A DNA stretch of 64,000 nt, taken from Candidatus Woesearchaeota archaeon. GTDB lineage: Archaea; Nanobdellota; Nanobdellia; Pacearchaeales; GW2011-AR1. The translations under genes and the position numbers were made by a program. The notes below the pieces were generated by a model. It had not been told where the DNA came from and made no database searches. It saw only the letters and a list, made by a program, of their open reading frames with translations. The DNA lies in assembly GCA_964557325.1 (NCBI GenBank), contig CAZKZO010000001.1, forward strand, positions 1,159-65,158. Direction: 5' to 3'. Below, piece by piece: positions 18,174 to 28,331 of this stretch (its first letter is position 1; each line of letters starts with the position of its first letter).

Positions 18174-18878
18174 ATGGAATTAGAAGAAGGCGATGTAGTA
18201 CTTTGTACTGTTGATAGGATTATAGGAACAACTGTATTTGTAAATATAAAAGGCAATGGAGAAGGAAGTATTAATTTCAGTGAAGTTGCACCTGGAAGAA
18301 TAAGAAACATACGTTCATATGTTGTTCCAAAAAAGAAAATTGTCTGCAAAGTATTAAGAATTTCAAAAGGAAGAATAGAGCTTTCATTAAGAAGGGTTAC
18401 TTTAAAAGAAAAAAAAGAGGTCTTAGAAAGAGATAAACAAGAAAAAAGTTATGAAAATATGCTTAAAAGCATATTAAAAGAAAAAGCAGATAAAGATATT
18501 GAAAAAATAAAAAAAGAACAAAAACTTTTTGATTTTTTTCAGGAAGCGAGAAAAAACCCTAAAAAAGTGGAAAAAATATTTGGTAAAAAAGACTCTGAAA
18601 AAATTCTTGAAATATTAAAATCTCAAAAACCAAAAAAAACAATAGTTAAAAAATTTATAAAATTCATTTCCAAAAGCCAAAATGGGATTAGTGATATTAA
18701 AAACATACTTAAACACCCTAAAGAAATCAAAATCAAATACATTTCATCAGGAAAATACTCTTTAAAAACAGAGGCAGAAAATCCTAAAAAAGCAGATCAA
18801 AGACTTCAAAAATTTTTAAAAACAATAGAAAAAAAAGCTAAAAAGAACAATATTAAATTCAGTATTTTAAAGAAGTAA
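18174..18878 (+). CDS. eif2a: Translation initiation factor 2 alpha subunit (aIF2-alpha)
   Basis: N-terminal S1 domain (EGDVVLCTVDRII..TVFVNI....SEVAPGRIRNIRSYV) and a helical domain. Conserved archaeal synteny with the downstream Nop10. Confidence 0.5.
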   Translation: MELEEGDVVLCTVDRIIGTTVFVNIKGNGEGSINFSEVAPGRIRNIRSYVVPKKKIVCKVLRISKGRIELSLRRVTLKEKKEVLERDKQEKSYENMLKSILKEKADKDIEKIKKEQKLFDFFQEARKNPKKVEKIFGKKDSEKILEILKSQKPKKTIVKKFIKFISKSQNGISDIKNILKHPKEIKIKYISSGKYSLKTEAENPKKADQRLQKFLKTIEKKAKKNNIKFSILKK

Positions 18879-18964
18879 AAGAAATTCTTTATTTTAAATA
18901 ACAATTAATTTATCATAAAACTAGCTTTCGAAAGATTTAAATAACATATTTTTGGAGTAGATAT

Positions 18965-19375
18965 ATGGAAGATAAAAATGAGTTTAACATAATACTCTTA
19001 GGAATAATTTTTGACCCGGAAAAAAAGAAAATACTTATTGGTAGAAGGGAAAATGACCCTTATGTTCCTAAATTAACCTGGTGTTTTCCAGGTGGAAGAT
19101 TAAGAAAAGGAGAAGATGTAAGTGATGCTTTCAAAGACAGGATAAAAGAAACAACTGGTGTAGATGTTGCAAACCTTGGTTCTGTATTTTCAAAAACATA
19201 TCCTGAAAAAGAAGATTTATTTGCAATATACTTCTTATGTGAGATTCGTTCTGGAGAACCAAAAGCTTCAGGAGATTTAAAAGAACTCAAATGGGTTGAC
19301 CCTGAAGAACTTGAAGAATATTTTACAACCTCTTTCCATAAAAGGTTAAAGGAATACATTTTGAACTTGAAATGA
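18965..19375 (+). CDS. NUDIX hydrolase
   Basis: Nudix box GGRLRKGEDVSDAFKDRIKETTG. Confidence 0.75.
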   Translation: MEDKNEFNIILLGIIFDPEKKKILIGRRENDPYVPKLTWCFPGGRLRKGEDVSDAFKDRIKETTGVDVANLGSVFSKTYPEKEDLFAIYFLCEIRSGEPKASGDLKELKWVDPEELEEYFTTSFHKRLKEYILNLK

Positions 19376-19503
19376 AATTAAAAAAGTGTAAATCCTGTAA
19401 TTCTTATACCCTAAAAGATTCTTGTAAAACCTGTAAAGAAAAAACTTCTTCTGCCCATTACAAACATATCAAAGGAAGAAAAAATAAAGGTAAATCAAAA
19501 TAA
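19372..19503 (+). CDS. nop10: H/ACA ribonucleoprotein subunit Nop10
   Basis: 43-aa zinc ribbon KCKSCNSYTLKDSCKTCKEKT..AH matches Nop10 ([26 protein letters not shown]). Overlaps the NUDIX stop (ATGA). Absent from the supplied ORF track. Confidence 0.55.
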   Translation: MKLKKCKSCNSYTLKDSCKTCKEKTSSAHYKHIKGRKNKGKSK

Positions 19504-20730
19504 AGTTCCTTGTTTCTCTCCAAACAAAACCTTTCCATATTCACCATCATAACCAGGTTCAACTTTTAATTTTTTTTCACGATTTTTAATAACAAGTCTT
19601 GCGATTTTTTCATCAAACCTAGAAGCAATTTTTTGCTCAGATACATTTAATAAAATATTAAATTCATTTCCAAACTCACTTATCATTGAATTATAAATGC
19701 TCCATGCTTTTTTTGTATTCATAGAAGTATTTGTTAAAAGAGAGATTAATTCATGTAAAGGTAAAATCTTGTAAAAATGCCTTGCATTTTCAGGATTGTT
19801 TTCCTTAGCAATATCATGTTCTGCAATAGCTTCTACTCTGTGTTCTACACCTACAGTTAAAGGTTTTCCACATTTAGGACATATACCCTTAAGCTGTTTG
19901 GTTTTTTCAGGAGAACATGAAAAACTGCATTTTCTATGTCCATCCCAATGATACTTTCCATATTCAGGAGGTGTTTCTATTGTAGATTTAAGTCCTTTTC
20001 CTGTCCTAATTGCTTTAATTATGTTATCATAACTTAATTCTTTTAAATCAAAAATAGTTGCTTCTCTGCCAAGTCTCCATGGCCAAAAACTATGTGCATC
20101 TGAAAAACTCACAATATTTGTCTTTCCTTTATAAACATCATCTATCTTCCAAAGCATTTCAGGGTCAGCACTAATTCCTGATTCTATAGCATAGATATGC
20201 TTTACTTGTTCTTGAAAACACTCTTTAAGCGAATCAAAACCAGACTTGCTTCCATACAATCCAAACCAAGGAGTCATAGCATGAGCAGGAATAATTTCAA
20301 TTTTACTATTAATCTTTTTTAACTCTTCAACAAATTCAGGAGAACTCATTCCAAAAATAGGTCTTCCATCATAATCAATCCTTCCTTTACTTAAAAGAAA
20401 TTCTGTAAACTGATTAGCTGTTTCTTTATTAGGAAGTAAAACAACATGATGTATTGCTCTTCTTTTCCCGTCTTGACTATACATTAAACTAATTTCTGTC
20501 TGCCATAAAAAACCAACCTCTGCTCCAGGTGAAGTTCTTAAAATTCCTTTATCATCTTCAACAAGTTTTTTATCAATTTCTTCTCGCCTTAAAGGATGCT
20601 GCAAATCTCCAACACCTAACAAATTTATTCCTTTTATCTTAGCATATTTCTCCAGGTTTTCTATAGAAATCTTGCTACTTGTTGCTCTTGCATGCTTTGA
20701 ATGTATATGTAAATCAGATATGATTTCCAT
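19495..20730 (-). CDS. PHP-domain protein with a C-terminal zinc finger (Endonuclease Q-like)
   Basis: N-terminal DLHIHS PHP signature and C-terminal CSFSCSP...CPKCGKPL zinc finger, about 411 aa. Confidence 0.45.
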   Translation of the reverse strand: MEIISDLHIHSKHARATSSKISIENLEKYAKIKGINLLGVGDLQHPLRREEIDKKLVEDDKGILRTSPGAEVGFLWQTEISLMYSQDGKRRAIHHVVLLPNKETANQFTEFLLSKGRIDYDGRPIFGMSSPEFVEELKKINSKIEIIPAHAMTPWFGLYGSKSGFDSLKECFQEQVKHIYAIESGISADPEMLWKIDDVYKGKTNIVSFSDAHSFWPWRLGREATIFDLKELSYDNIIKAIRTGKGLKSTIETPPEYGKYHWDGHRKCSFSCSPEKTKQLKGICPKCGKPLTVGVEHRVEAIAEHDIAKENNPENARHFYKILPLHELISLLTNTSMNTKKAWSIYNSMISEFGNEFNILLNVSEQKIASRFDEKIARLVIKNREKKLKVEPGYDGEYGKVLFGEKQGTLF

Positions 20731-20874
20731 AAAAACCTCAATAAAAACAAGTTTTTAAGATTATAGTAAAAAATAATATAAAAAAAGAAAAATTAAAAAT
20801 ATTAAGCACTCACCAAAATAAATCTTTTAATTATTTAAAAAACTCTATTGTTGTAAACCTTTACTTCTTAAAAA

Positions 20875-22431
20875 TTACTTCTTTTTCTTTGCAATTCCAA
20901 AACCTACTGCAATAATAATTATTACTCCAATTACAATCCAAAGCCACATTAAACTACTGCCTTCTTCTTCAGCAGGTGTTTCTTCTTCTCTTTCTACCTG
21001 TCCTGTTGTTGTAACACCACCTTCTTCTTCAGCAGGTGTTTCTTCATGAATCTCCTTTATTGTAACATCTGCATCACCATCAACAATTGCATTTAAAATC
21101 ACATATATATCATAATACCCATCATCATCAACATCAATCTTAGCATCTTCACCAACTGCTAAATTAACAGTAACAGGGTCACTTGCAATTTCAATTGTTA
21201 CTTTATCTGTTCCCACAGAAACAACACCTACATGATGATATTCATTATTAACTTCAACTCTTATTCTTTTATTTGCTTGTATTTGAGCAGTATATCCATT
21301 TTGGAAAACTTCTTTACTAATTGCATGAGTTGCCCATGTAGCTGCTCCACTGCTACTAGAACCAGATGAACTTCCTGAATTTGAAACACCTTCAACAGTA
21401 TAACTTGCAGTAGCAGAATCTACATTTCCTGCATAATCATACACAGTACATGTATAAGTAAAACTTCCTGTTAATTCAGGTGTTGAAGTTCCATCACTAG
21501 ATGTAGAACTTGTTGTTTGTTTTGAACTATTTGCTCCAGACTGTGAATCTGTAGCTGAACATGAACAAGGAAAACTATCTCCTGAAGTAACATCACTACA
21601 ACTTGCACCTGCTGTTGGATTTGTAGAATCCATTTCAATGTAAAGATTATGTGGAGAGTTATTCATAGCAAAATTATTAACAGTGTCATTTACATAAATT
21701 TGTAACAATCGTGCACCATCTTCGTTTCCTGTTAAAGGAATACTCGTGGAATTACACCACCCATTACTTATTGCTATACTAGATTCATTAATAGCATTTG
21801 TAGAGTTAATACTTATTAAACATCTTGAACCTGTTAAACCAGAATCAGCATCACTTGCATAAATATTTAAATTTAAAGTTGTAGAGGTATTATATGCCCT
21901 ATTTGTTGCCGAAGCATTTACAATACTTGTATTTGTAGCTGAATATGTTGGAGTTGATGACCACCAGATTTTGATTGTTGAAGGCCCTGTTCCATCAATA
22001 GTCATTGAAACAGCAGAAGAATTTGTAGAGTTTGTTCCATCTGTAGCCTCTACAATAAAAGTATAATTAGCTTCTGTTAAATTATAATATAGTAAACCTG
22101 CCTTTGCAGTTCCTACTGCTCCAGAAGTATTAGCAAGTTTAGCAAAAGTAGCTCCTGTAAAATCAGTCCCGTTTGTTGTTATATATACATTATAAGTTGA
22201 ATCCACAGTATGGTTTGTCCAATTCAAATAAAACACACCATGTGTTCCATTAAGCCCATCAAAATTAGCAGTTGTATTTAAACCAAAAACAAGATTAGTC
22301 GGTGCTTTGGCACCACTCACAAAACCACTCATCATAATAACAATTGCTAATAAAAAAATTCCAAAACCTAAAACTTTTAAACCCTTATCCATCATCTCTT
22401 TTAATTTGTTTATACTTTTTGTAAGAAACAA
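20875..22431 (-). CDS. Surface glycoprotein candidate (signal anchor, many N-x-S/T sequons, C-terminal TM plus Lys tail)
   Basis: About 40 NxS/T sequons, a duplicated EETPAEEEG acidic repeat before a C-terminal TM helix and KKKK. Confidence 0.45.
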   Translation of the reverse strand: MFLTKSINKLKEMMDKGLKVLGFGIFLLAIVIMMSGFVSGAKAPTNLVFGLNTTANFDGLNGTHGVFYLNWTNHTVDSTYNVYITTNGTDFTGATFAKLANTSGAVGTAKAGLLYYNLTEANYTFIVEATDGTNSTNSSAVSMTIDGTGPSTIKIWWSSTPTYSATNTSIVNASATNRAYNTSTTLNLNIYASDADSGLTGSRCLISINSTNAINESSIAISNGWCNSTSIPLTGNEDGARLLQIYVNDTVNNFAMNNSPHNLYIEMDSTNPTAGASCSDVTSGDSFPCSCSATDSQSGANSSKQTTSSTSSDGTSTPELTGSFTYTCTVYDYAGNVDSATASYTVEGVSNSGSSSGSSSSGAATWATHAISKEVFQNGYTAQIQANKRIRVEVNNEYHHVGVVSVGTDKVTIEIASDPVTVNLAVGEDAKIDVDDDGYYDIYVILNAIVDGDADVTIKEIHEETPAEEEGGVTTTGQVEREEETPAEEEGSSLMWLWIVIGVIIIIAVGFGIAKKKK

Positions 22432-22449
22432 GTGTTTATAAATGTTTTT

Positions 22450-24945
22450 TTATATCTCGTCCACAATTCCTTTTTGAGAAATAAAGAAAATAGTTTCATT
22501 ATCTGGTAAATTAGGAGAGTCAATAAGTTTTGCAACTCTTGAATCTTTTTTTCCTCGTCGGAGATAAAGTCTATAAGTAGAATTATGCACAACAAAACCA
22601 TTAGCAATATAGTTTTCTGTTAAAGGAACAGAAAAATCAAAAAAAGGTTCTTTCTTTTTATTAACATTAATCTTTATTTTTCTTATTTTTTCAAATCTCA
22701 AATTAGAATTAAGTAATTTAAAAATAAAATTTACTTTTTGTTTTATTTGCCTGTCTTTTATCTTGGTATTCATAAGTGCCAAATGTGCATTGTTTAATTC
22801 TCTTTTATTAATCCATTTATAACTTTTTGGTCTTGGTTTAATAATCTTTGATGGCTTTAACCCTGCATCTTTAAGTAAACCCCAAATATCTTTTCTCTTA
22901 ACAGGCATTATTTCTTTAGTATATGTTTTTTCATAATGTTTAACCCATTTTAATAATCTTTTTTGTTTATCTCTTGCACTAAATCTGATTTGCATGAATT
23001 TAACAACATCTCTATCTCTTATTGAAATATTAGAAATCTTTTTTCTGCCAACATCAAATCTCAAAAAACTCCTTATTCCAAATCTTAATAAAAATAACTG
23101 GATATACTTCAATATGGTTTTTTCTTTTTGCGCAACAGTTATTTTTGGTTTTGTGATGTCAATGTGTCCTTCTGCATCAACAAAACCCTTGATAAAACTC
23201 TTTACAACTTCTTTCTCAGATTTTGAAATTATATTAAAAATTTCTGGTAAAATCAGGGAAAAAAGGTCTTTGATCTCTTTTGAATTAATATTTAAAGTAA
23301 AGCAGTTTTTATTTTTCATTTTGCTTATTTTTCCTTCCACTCCAAAAACTTTCTTAAATAAATTATTATAAATCATTAAAATATCCTTTCTTTCATCCTT
23401 AAATCTTATCCCTCTTTTTTCAAAATTTCCATCTCCAAGAAAATATCCGCAAATCTGACCTAAATTAGAACTCATAAATTCAGGCATAATTAAATTTTTA
23501 TGCTTATAAGTATAAACAGGTATTACTTCAAGAGTTTGTTTTCCTGAAAACTGCTGACTTAATCTATCAAATATTTCTAAATTGGAAGGATAAGACTGAT
23601 TTAAAACCCTTCTAAATTGTCTTTGAGAAATTCCTACTTTTTTACATATTTCTTTTCTTGTAATATTTTTTTCTTTTAATTTATCTGAAATCAGTTTTCC
23701 TTCTTTATCAGAAATTTTTCCAATTCTTTTAATATTAACAAGAGGAAGTTTTTGTTTCTTTCCTTGAATTTCGATTTTATCTGCATGGGCAATAAAATCC
23801 TTTTGTTTTAGGTCTTTTGCTTCTTTTTCAGTTATAGAAAAATTATCTATTGTAAAAAACCTGTGCAAACCAGAACAATTTATTATATTTGTGGTTTGAA
23901 TCTCATAAGATTTTTTTACATCAGGATTAACAAAAACTTTATCTGACTCTGAGTTAATTAATTTCATATTTGAAAAATTACTTGAAAAAACTTTTTCCTG
24001 TCCCATATTCTTTATTTCTTTAATTCTTCCATCAGACAATTGAATCAAGCTATCTCCTGTTAAACAAGCATGCCCCACTATATGCCCTCCAATTGCTGTA
24101 GTAGGATCTCCAAAAAGCTGAGCAGGATTTGCCATAACTTGATTAGTTACATAAATTGCAAGATTATGTGTTTCTGCAAGTTTCATAAGTTGATGTATAT
24201 ATCTATTAAGTCTTTGTTGTCTATCTGCAAGTTGTCCTCTTCCAGAAAACTCTGCTCTAAAATGAGCAGTCAAAGAATCAACTATTAATAATTTAATTGG
24301 CTCACCTCCCCTAATCATTTCAGAAATTTTGTCTAAAAGCAAAACCTGATGGTCTGAATTAAAAGCTCTTGCCACAAAAATATTTTTTAAAACTTTTTCA
24401 GGATTTGCCCCAATTCCTTCTGCAATTTGTTTTACTCTTGCAGGTCTAAAAGTTCCTTCTGTGTCTATAAAAACAGCTTTCCCATTTGCCCCTCCTTTTT
24501 CCTCAGGAAGTTGAACATTAACAGCAAGTGTTAAACCTACTTGTGTTTTTCCACTGCCATAAGAACCAAAACATTCTGTAATCGCTCTACTTTCTACACC
24601 TTTTCCACCCAATAAACTATCAAAATTTTCACTGCCTGTAGTTATATTATGCACAGATTCTCTTTTTTTTGCATATGCAGTTCCTTCTACAAAACCTAAA
24701 TCAAGCATTTTTCTTGCTTCAGCTATAGCTTTTCTTGCAACAGCCACACTTACTCCAGCTGCATCAGAAATATCTGCAGGAGTCATAACTGCCAAACCCA
24801 TTAAATCATAAACACCTGCATTTTCCAATTTAGTTGAAACAGCAGGTCCTATTCCTGGCAAATCAGTAAGCTTAGGTTCTTCATTATTTTTTGACTCAGA
24901 AGTCACAGCTTTTTTAACTTCTTCTGTATCTTTTTTAGCTGTCAT
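22450..24945 (-). CDS. radA: DNA repair/recombination protein RadA interrupted by an intein
   Basis: HhH N-domain, Walker A GSGKTQ, Walker B LLIVDS. The extein motif GGHIVGHA | C...VVHN | STYRLYLRRG is broken by 495 aa. Confidence 0.9.
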   Translation of the reverse strand: MTAKKDTEEVKKAVTSESKNNEEPKLTDLPGIGPAVSTKLENAGVYDLMGLAVMTPADISDAAGVSVAVARKAIAEARKMLDLGFVEGTAYAKKRESVHNITTGSENFDSLLGGKGVESRAITECFGSYGSGKTQVGLTLAVNVQLPEEKGGANGKAVFIDTEGTFRPARVKQIAEGIGANPEKVLKNIFVARAFNSDHQVLLLDKISEMIRGGEPIKLLIVDSLTAHFRAEFSGRGQLADRQQRLNRYIHQLMKLAETHNLAIYVTNQVMANPAQLFGDPTTAIGGHIVGHACLTGDSLIQLSDGRIKEIKNMGQEKVFSSNFSNMKLINSESDKVFVNPDVKKSYEIQTTNIINCSGLHRFFTIDNFSITEKEAKDLKQKDFIAHADKIEIQGKKQKLPLVNIKRIGKISDKEGKLISDKLKEKNITRKEICKKVGISQRQFRRVLNQSYPSNLEIFDRLSQQFSGKQTLEVIPVYTYKHKNLIMPEFMSSNLGQICGYFLGDGNFEKRGIRFKDERKDILMIYNNLFKKVFGVEGKISKMKNKNCFTLNINSKEIKDLFSLILPEIFNIISKSEKEVVKSFIKGFVDAEGHIDITKPKITVAQKEKTILKYIQLFLLRFGIRSFLRFDVGRKKISNISIRDRDVVKFMQIRFSARDKQKRLLKWVKHYEKTYTKEIMPVKRKDIWGLLKDAGLKPSKIIKPRPKSYKWINKRELNNAHLALMNTKIKDRQIKQKVNFIFKLLNSNLRFEKIRKIKINVNKKKEPFFDFSVPLTENYIANGFVVHNSTYRLYLRRGKKDSRVAKLIDSPNLPDNETIFFISQKGIVDEI
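22582..24066 (-). mobile_element. RadA intein (495 aa) with a LAGLIDADG homing endonuclease domain
   Basis: Starts with Cys after GHA and ends with HN followed by the +1 Ser. LAGLIDADG blocks CGYFLGDGNF and GFVDAEGHI. Extein-only length is about 336 aa. Confidence 0.75.
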
Positions 24946-25010
24946 ATTAAGGCAAACTCTCTTCTATTTATAAGCATTATTAAACTAATAGATATACTTT
25001 AGAAATTAAC

Positions 25011-25490
25011 CTAAACCATGGCCAAAATTTTAAAAGCAATCAAAAACAAATCCGCCAAAACAAAGAAAGTAAATACAATAATTTCTATTCTACCTCCAGT
25101 CCTAATACTTCCTGACAATGTTTTTTTGTAAGGATAAAAAGGTTGTATACCTTTTTTAGTAAAACTATCTGTAAATAAATGCACACTATATCCTAAAAAG
25201 AAAGCAAAAGCCAGAACAGGAATAAACAATGCAAAAAATAAAGTAATTAATAAAAGAAAAATATAGCTATGAAAAAACCCTCTATGATTAACAAAAAATT
25301 GCAATAACCTAAAAGTTTTCTTGTTTCCGGATTTAGAATATTTTGAATCTATATCAGGAATTAAAGTAGCTAAAAAAGCAACTACAACAAAAACTGCTTT
25401 ATTTTCAATATAACTTATAAAAATTAAAACAAAAAATAAAGTAATTGCCAGATGGGTTCTTGTAAGCATTTTATTTTTCAAGTTTTTCAA
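25011..25490 (-). CDS. Membrane-bound metal-dependent hydrolase-like protein (YdjM/DUF457-like)
   Basis: 4 TM helices with conserved His/Asp positions (FFHSYIF, HLFTD). Confidence 0.35.
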   Translation of the reverse strand: MKNLKNKMLTRTHLAITLFFVLIFISYIENKAVFVVVAFLATLIPDIDSKYSKSGNKKTFRLLQFFVNHRGFFHSYIFLLLITLFFALFIPVLAFAFFLGYSVHLFTDSFTKKGIQPFYPYKKTLSGSIRTGGRIEIIVFTFFVLADLFLIAFKILAMV

Positions 25491-26406
25491 GCACTTTATC
25501 TAAATTAACATCTTTTACTTCATTAATAATTAATTCAGTATTATTGAAATAAGAATTATTCCTCACATTACCTGTAAATATCATTTCCTTTCCAAGGATT
25601 TTTTCTTTTTCTTCAATCAAATTTTCAGAATCAAGATTAATGCCTAAATCAGAAATCTTTTCATGAAATAAAACAGCCCTTATTGAATCTGTGCCATCAT
25701 CAATAACAATATTTGTAACAGCTCTTTTTTCAGGAACTACTTTTCCATGCTCCTGACACATAAAATCTTCTCCTTGTTTATTTGCTTTTTTATTACATTC
25801 AGAACATACATAAAAAAATCTTGGCTCAAAACTCTGCACAATAAAAGCTCTTGTACTTGCAGTCTCACCTTTTTTTAGTTCTAAAATTGGTTTTTCATGA
25901 ACTACTCTTTCAGTTTTAACATCTTTAAACTCTTTATCAATAAGCTTTATTTCAGAAAAACTTCCTAAATGAATTTCTCTATCTCTCATGCTTCCATTTA
26001 AAATCTCAATAGAACTTTCTTCTTTTATCTCACCTTTTTCAATTAAAGAAATAAGATTAGTATCCCATATCACAACTTTTATATTTGAAGTTTCATCACC
26101 TAATAAAAGATTGACAACTTTACTTTCTTCACCTTTTTTTGTCTGAAAAGTTCTTATAGGGGAAATAGAAATTACCTTTCCACTTGTATTTGCATTTCTC
26201 ATACCTGGCAAAAGCTCATCAATCTTAAGATTTTCATTCTCAAAACTTACATTTAATTCAGCAGCAACTACTTGAGCTGCACCTTCTTTACTAATCAATC
26301 CAGAAAGCTTTGCTCTTTTGGCCTCAACTCTTCTTTCTACTTCTTCCTTTTTAAGTTTTGCAGAATCAGCAATCTTCTGCAAAATCTTCTCATAATTTCC
26401 CTGCAT
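25471..26406 (-). CDS. rpa: Replication protein A-like ssDNA-binding protein (OB folds plus zinc ribbon)
   Basis: OB-fold-like segments and a C4 zinc ribbon CSECNKK...CQEHG. Start placed at MQGNYE. Confidence 0.5.
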   Translation of the reverse strand: MQGNYEKILQKIADSAKLKKEEVERRVEAKRAKLSGLISKEGAAQVVAAELNVSFENENLKIDELLPGMRNANTSGKVISISPIRTFQTKKGEESKVVNLLLGDETSNIKVVIWDTNLISLIEKGEIKEESSIEILNGSMRDREIHLGSFSEIKLIDKEFKDVKTERVVHEKPILELKKGETASTRAFIVQSFEPRFFYVCSECNKKANKQGEDFMCQEHGKVVPEKRAVTNIVIDDGTDSIRAVLFHEKISDLGINLDSENLIEEKEKILGKEMIFTGNVRNNSYFNNTELIINEVKDVNLDKVLEKLEK

Positions 26407-26494
26407 TTTAAACTTCTTTAAAATAAAACACTTTTTCTTTTTAAGTATTATGCAAACCAACAAGCTTTATAAACAATCTTAATTAAAATAAACC

Positions 26495-26767
26495 ATGGGA
26501 ATAGCAGTAGTTAAATTCAAGATAATGCCTTCTTCTCCAGAAGCAGACTTAGAAAACATTAAATTAAAAATAAAAGAAATTGTTGAAAAACAAGGTGTTA
26601 AAAATCCTAATTTTGAAGAAGAACCAATAGCATTTGGACTCAAAGCAATCTTAATTATATTTGGATGGCCTGAAGAAAAACCCTTGGAAGAGCTTGAAGA
26701 AAAACTTAAACAAATTCAGGATGTAAACTCAATTCAACTAGTAGATATAAGAAGAGCTATTGGTTAA
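26495..26767 (+). CDS. ef1b: Translation elongation factor 1-beta (aEF-1beta)
   Basis: MGIAVVKFKIMPSSPE...FGLKAILI, 90 aa, typical of aEF-1beta. Confidence 0.8.
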   Translation: MGIAVVKFKIMPSSPEADLENIKLKIKEIVEKQGVKNPNFEEEPIAFGLKAILIIFGWPEEKPLEELEEKLKQIQDVNSIQLVDIRRAIG

Positions 26768-26813
26768 ATAACCACACCCAAAAAAATAAAAGGTATTTTT
26801 TCTTTAAAAAAAC

Positions 26814-27449
26814 ATGATTTCAGACGAACAAGCAAATCAAATTAAAAAACAAATTATTTCACAAATAGAAAAAAGCTTTCCTGAAGACAAAAAAGAATTT
26901 GCAATAAAACAAGTTCAAGACATGAACAATGAACAACTGGAAACTTTTCTAAAGCAAAATAATTTAAAAGTTCAACAAGGACAAGTTCAAGCACCTCAAG
27001 AACAAAAATGTATTTTCTGTTCAATAGCTTCTGGAGAAATAGAATCTTTTAAAATTGATGAAAACAAAACAGCAATTGCAGTATTAGAAATAAACCCTAT
27101 TTCAAAAGGACACACTCTTATAATTCCAAAACAACATGTAACTTCAGAAAAAGATATCTCTAAAACAACTATTTCTCTTGCAAATAAAATTAAGAAAAAA
27201 TTGAAATCCAAACTCAAACCTGAAAAAATTGAAATAAAAAATTCAAATATCATGAATCATGAAATAATCAATATAATTCCTATTTACAAAGAAACTGATT
27301 TAGACGCTGAAAGAAAACCTGCTAACAAAAAAGAACTTGCAGAACTCCAGAAAAACATTAAACCAAAGCCAAAGCCAGTAAAAAAACAACCTCAAACCCA
27401 AAAACTAAAACCAAAAGAAAACTTAAACGTCCCAAAAAGAATCCCCTAA
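26814..27449 (+). CDS. HIT-family (histidine triad-like) protein with a degenerate HxHxH motif
   Basis: CIFCSIASGEI...INPISKGHTLIIPKQH is HIT-like, but the triad region reads MNHEIINIIP with a single His. Confidence 0.45.
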   Translation: MISDEQANQIKKQIISQIEKSFPEDKKEFAIKQVQDMNNEQLETFLKQNNLKVQQGQVQAPQEQKCIFCSIASGEIESFKIDENKTAIAVLEINPISKGHTLIIPKQHVTSEKDISKTTISLANKIKKKLKSKLKPEKIEIKNSNIMNHEIINIIPIYKETDLDAERKPANKKELAELQKNIKPKPKPVKKQPQTQKLKPKENLNVPKRIP

Positions 27450-27452
27450 TTC

Positions 27453-28331
27453 TTAAAAACCAAGAGATATTCCTGAAAAATAAAAAAACATTAAAACTAA
27501 AAAAGTAATTAAAAAAACAGGACTAAAGGCAATTCCTTTTCTTATCTTAATTTTTTTCTTTCTCTTTTTTAAAATAGAAATCTCTTTTTTGCTTAATCCA
27601 TGCCAAGAAGGAATGATTTTTTTATCTTTGAATTTCACATTTTGATAAAGCCAATCTCCTTCTCTTAAATATTTAGGAGAAACATTTTCTACCATAATAC
27701 CTTCATCAATTGATTTGGCATAAACATGAAGCCATGGAAAAATAAAAAACAAGATTCCAAGATAAATCAAAACCCAATGAAATAAAACTCCTCCTAAAGC
27801 AATTAATACTGCAAAACCTAACATCCAAGTATAAACCCTCCTATATTTTCTAAATTGTTTTGAAAACTCTTTTTTGAATTTTCTTGGATTTTTCAGTGCA
27901 ATTCTCAAACTAATAATTAAAGTATAAATAGCTCCTATAAACAAAAATATAATTAAAAAATCAGTAAATAAATTAAAATTCTCATAGAAATTATTTGAAA
28001 AAGGCAATATAGCTCCAAAAGCCATCATTAACTTAGCATCACCACCTGCAAAAACTCTGCTATAATAAAGAATACTTCCTATTAAAAAAAATACACCTAA
28101 TCCAATTACTCCTTGATAAAAAAATCCAAAACTTCCTCCAAATAAAGAATAAAAAAACCTATACCCTAAAGCAAAAATAATCAAAGAAAAATTAAGCCAA
28201 TTTGCAATTTCATTTGTTTTCAAATCCTGCATAACTGCGAAAACAACCCAAACCAATGCCAACACCCATAAAAAAATAATTTCATGCATCCTTAAAAAAA
28301 GAATTAACAATTTATAAATTATTACAATCAA
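27453..28331 (-). CDS. Type IV prepilin / preflagellin peptidase (A24 family, PibD/FlaK-like)
   Basis: Polytopic membrane protein with both catalytic Asp motifs (MQDLKTNEIANW and AGGDAKLMMAFG). Confidence 0.6.
   Translation of the reverse strand: MIVIIYKLLILFLRMHEIIFLWVLALVWVVFAVMQDLKTNEIANWLNFSLIIFALGYRFFYSLFGGSFGFFYQGVIGLGVFFLIGSILYYSRVFAGGDAKLMMAFGAILPFSNNFYENFNLFTDFLIIFLFIGAIYTLIISLRIALKNPRKFKKEFSKQFRKYRRVYTWMLGFAVLIALGGVLFHWVLIYLGILFFIFPWLHVYAKSIDEGIMVENVSPKYLREGDWLYQNVKFKDKKIIPSWHGLSKKEISILKKRKKKIKIRKGIAFSPVFLITFLVLMFFYFSGISLGF

Noticed and set aside
21000-21060. 27-nt direct repeat (CCTTCTTCTTCAGCAGGTGTTTCTTC x2)
   Set aside because: It lies within the coding sequence of the surface glycoprotein and encodes the duplicated EETPAEEEG acidic motif, so it is not an independent element.
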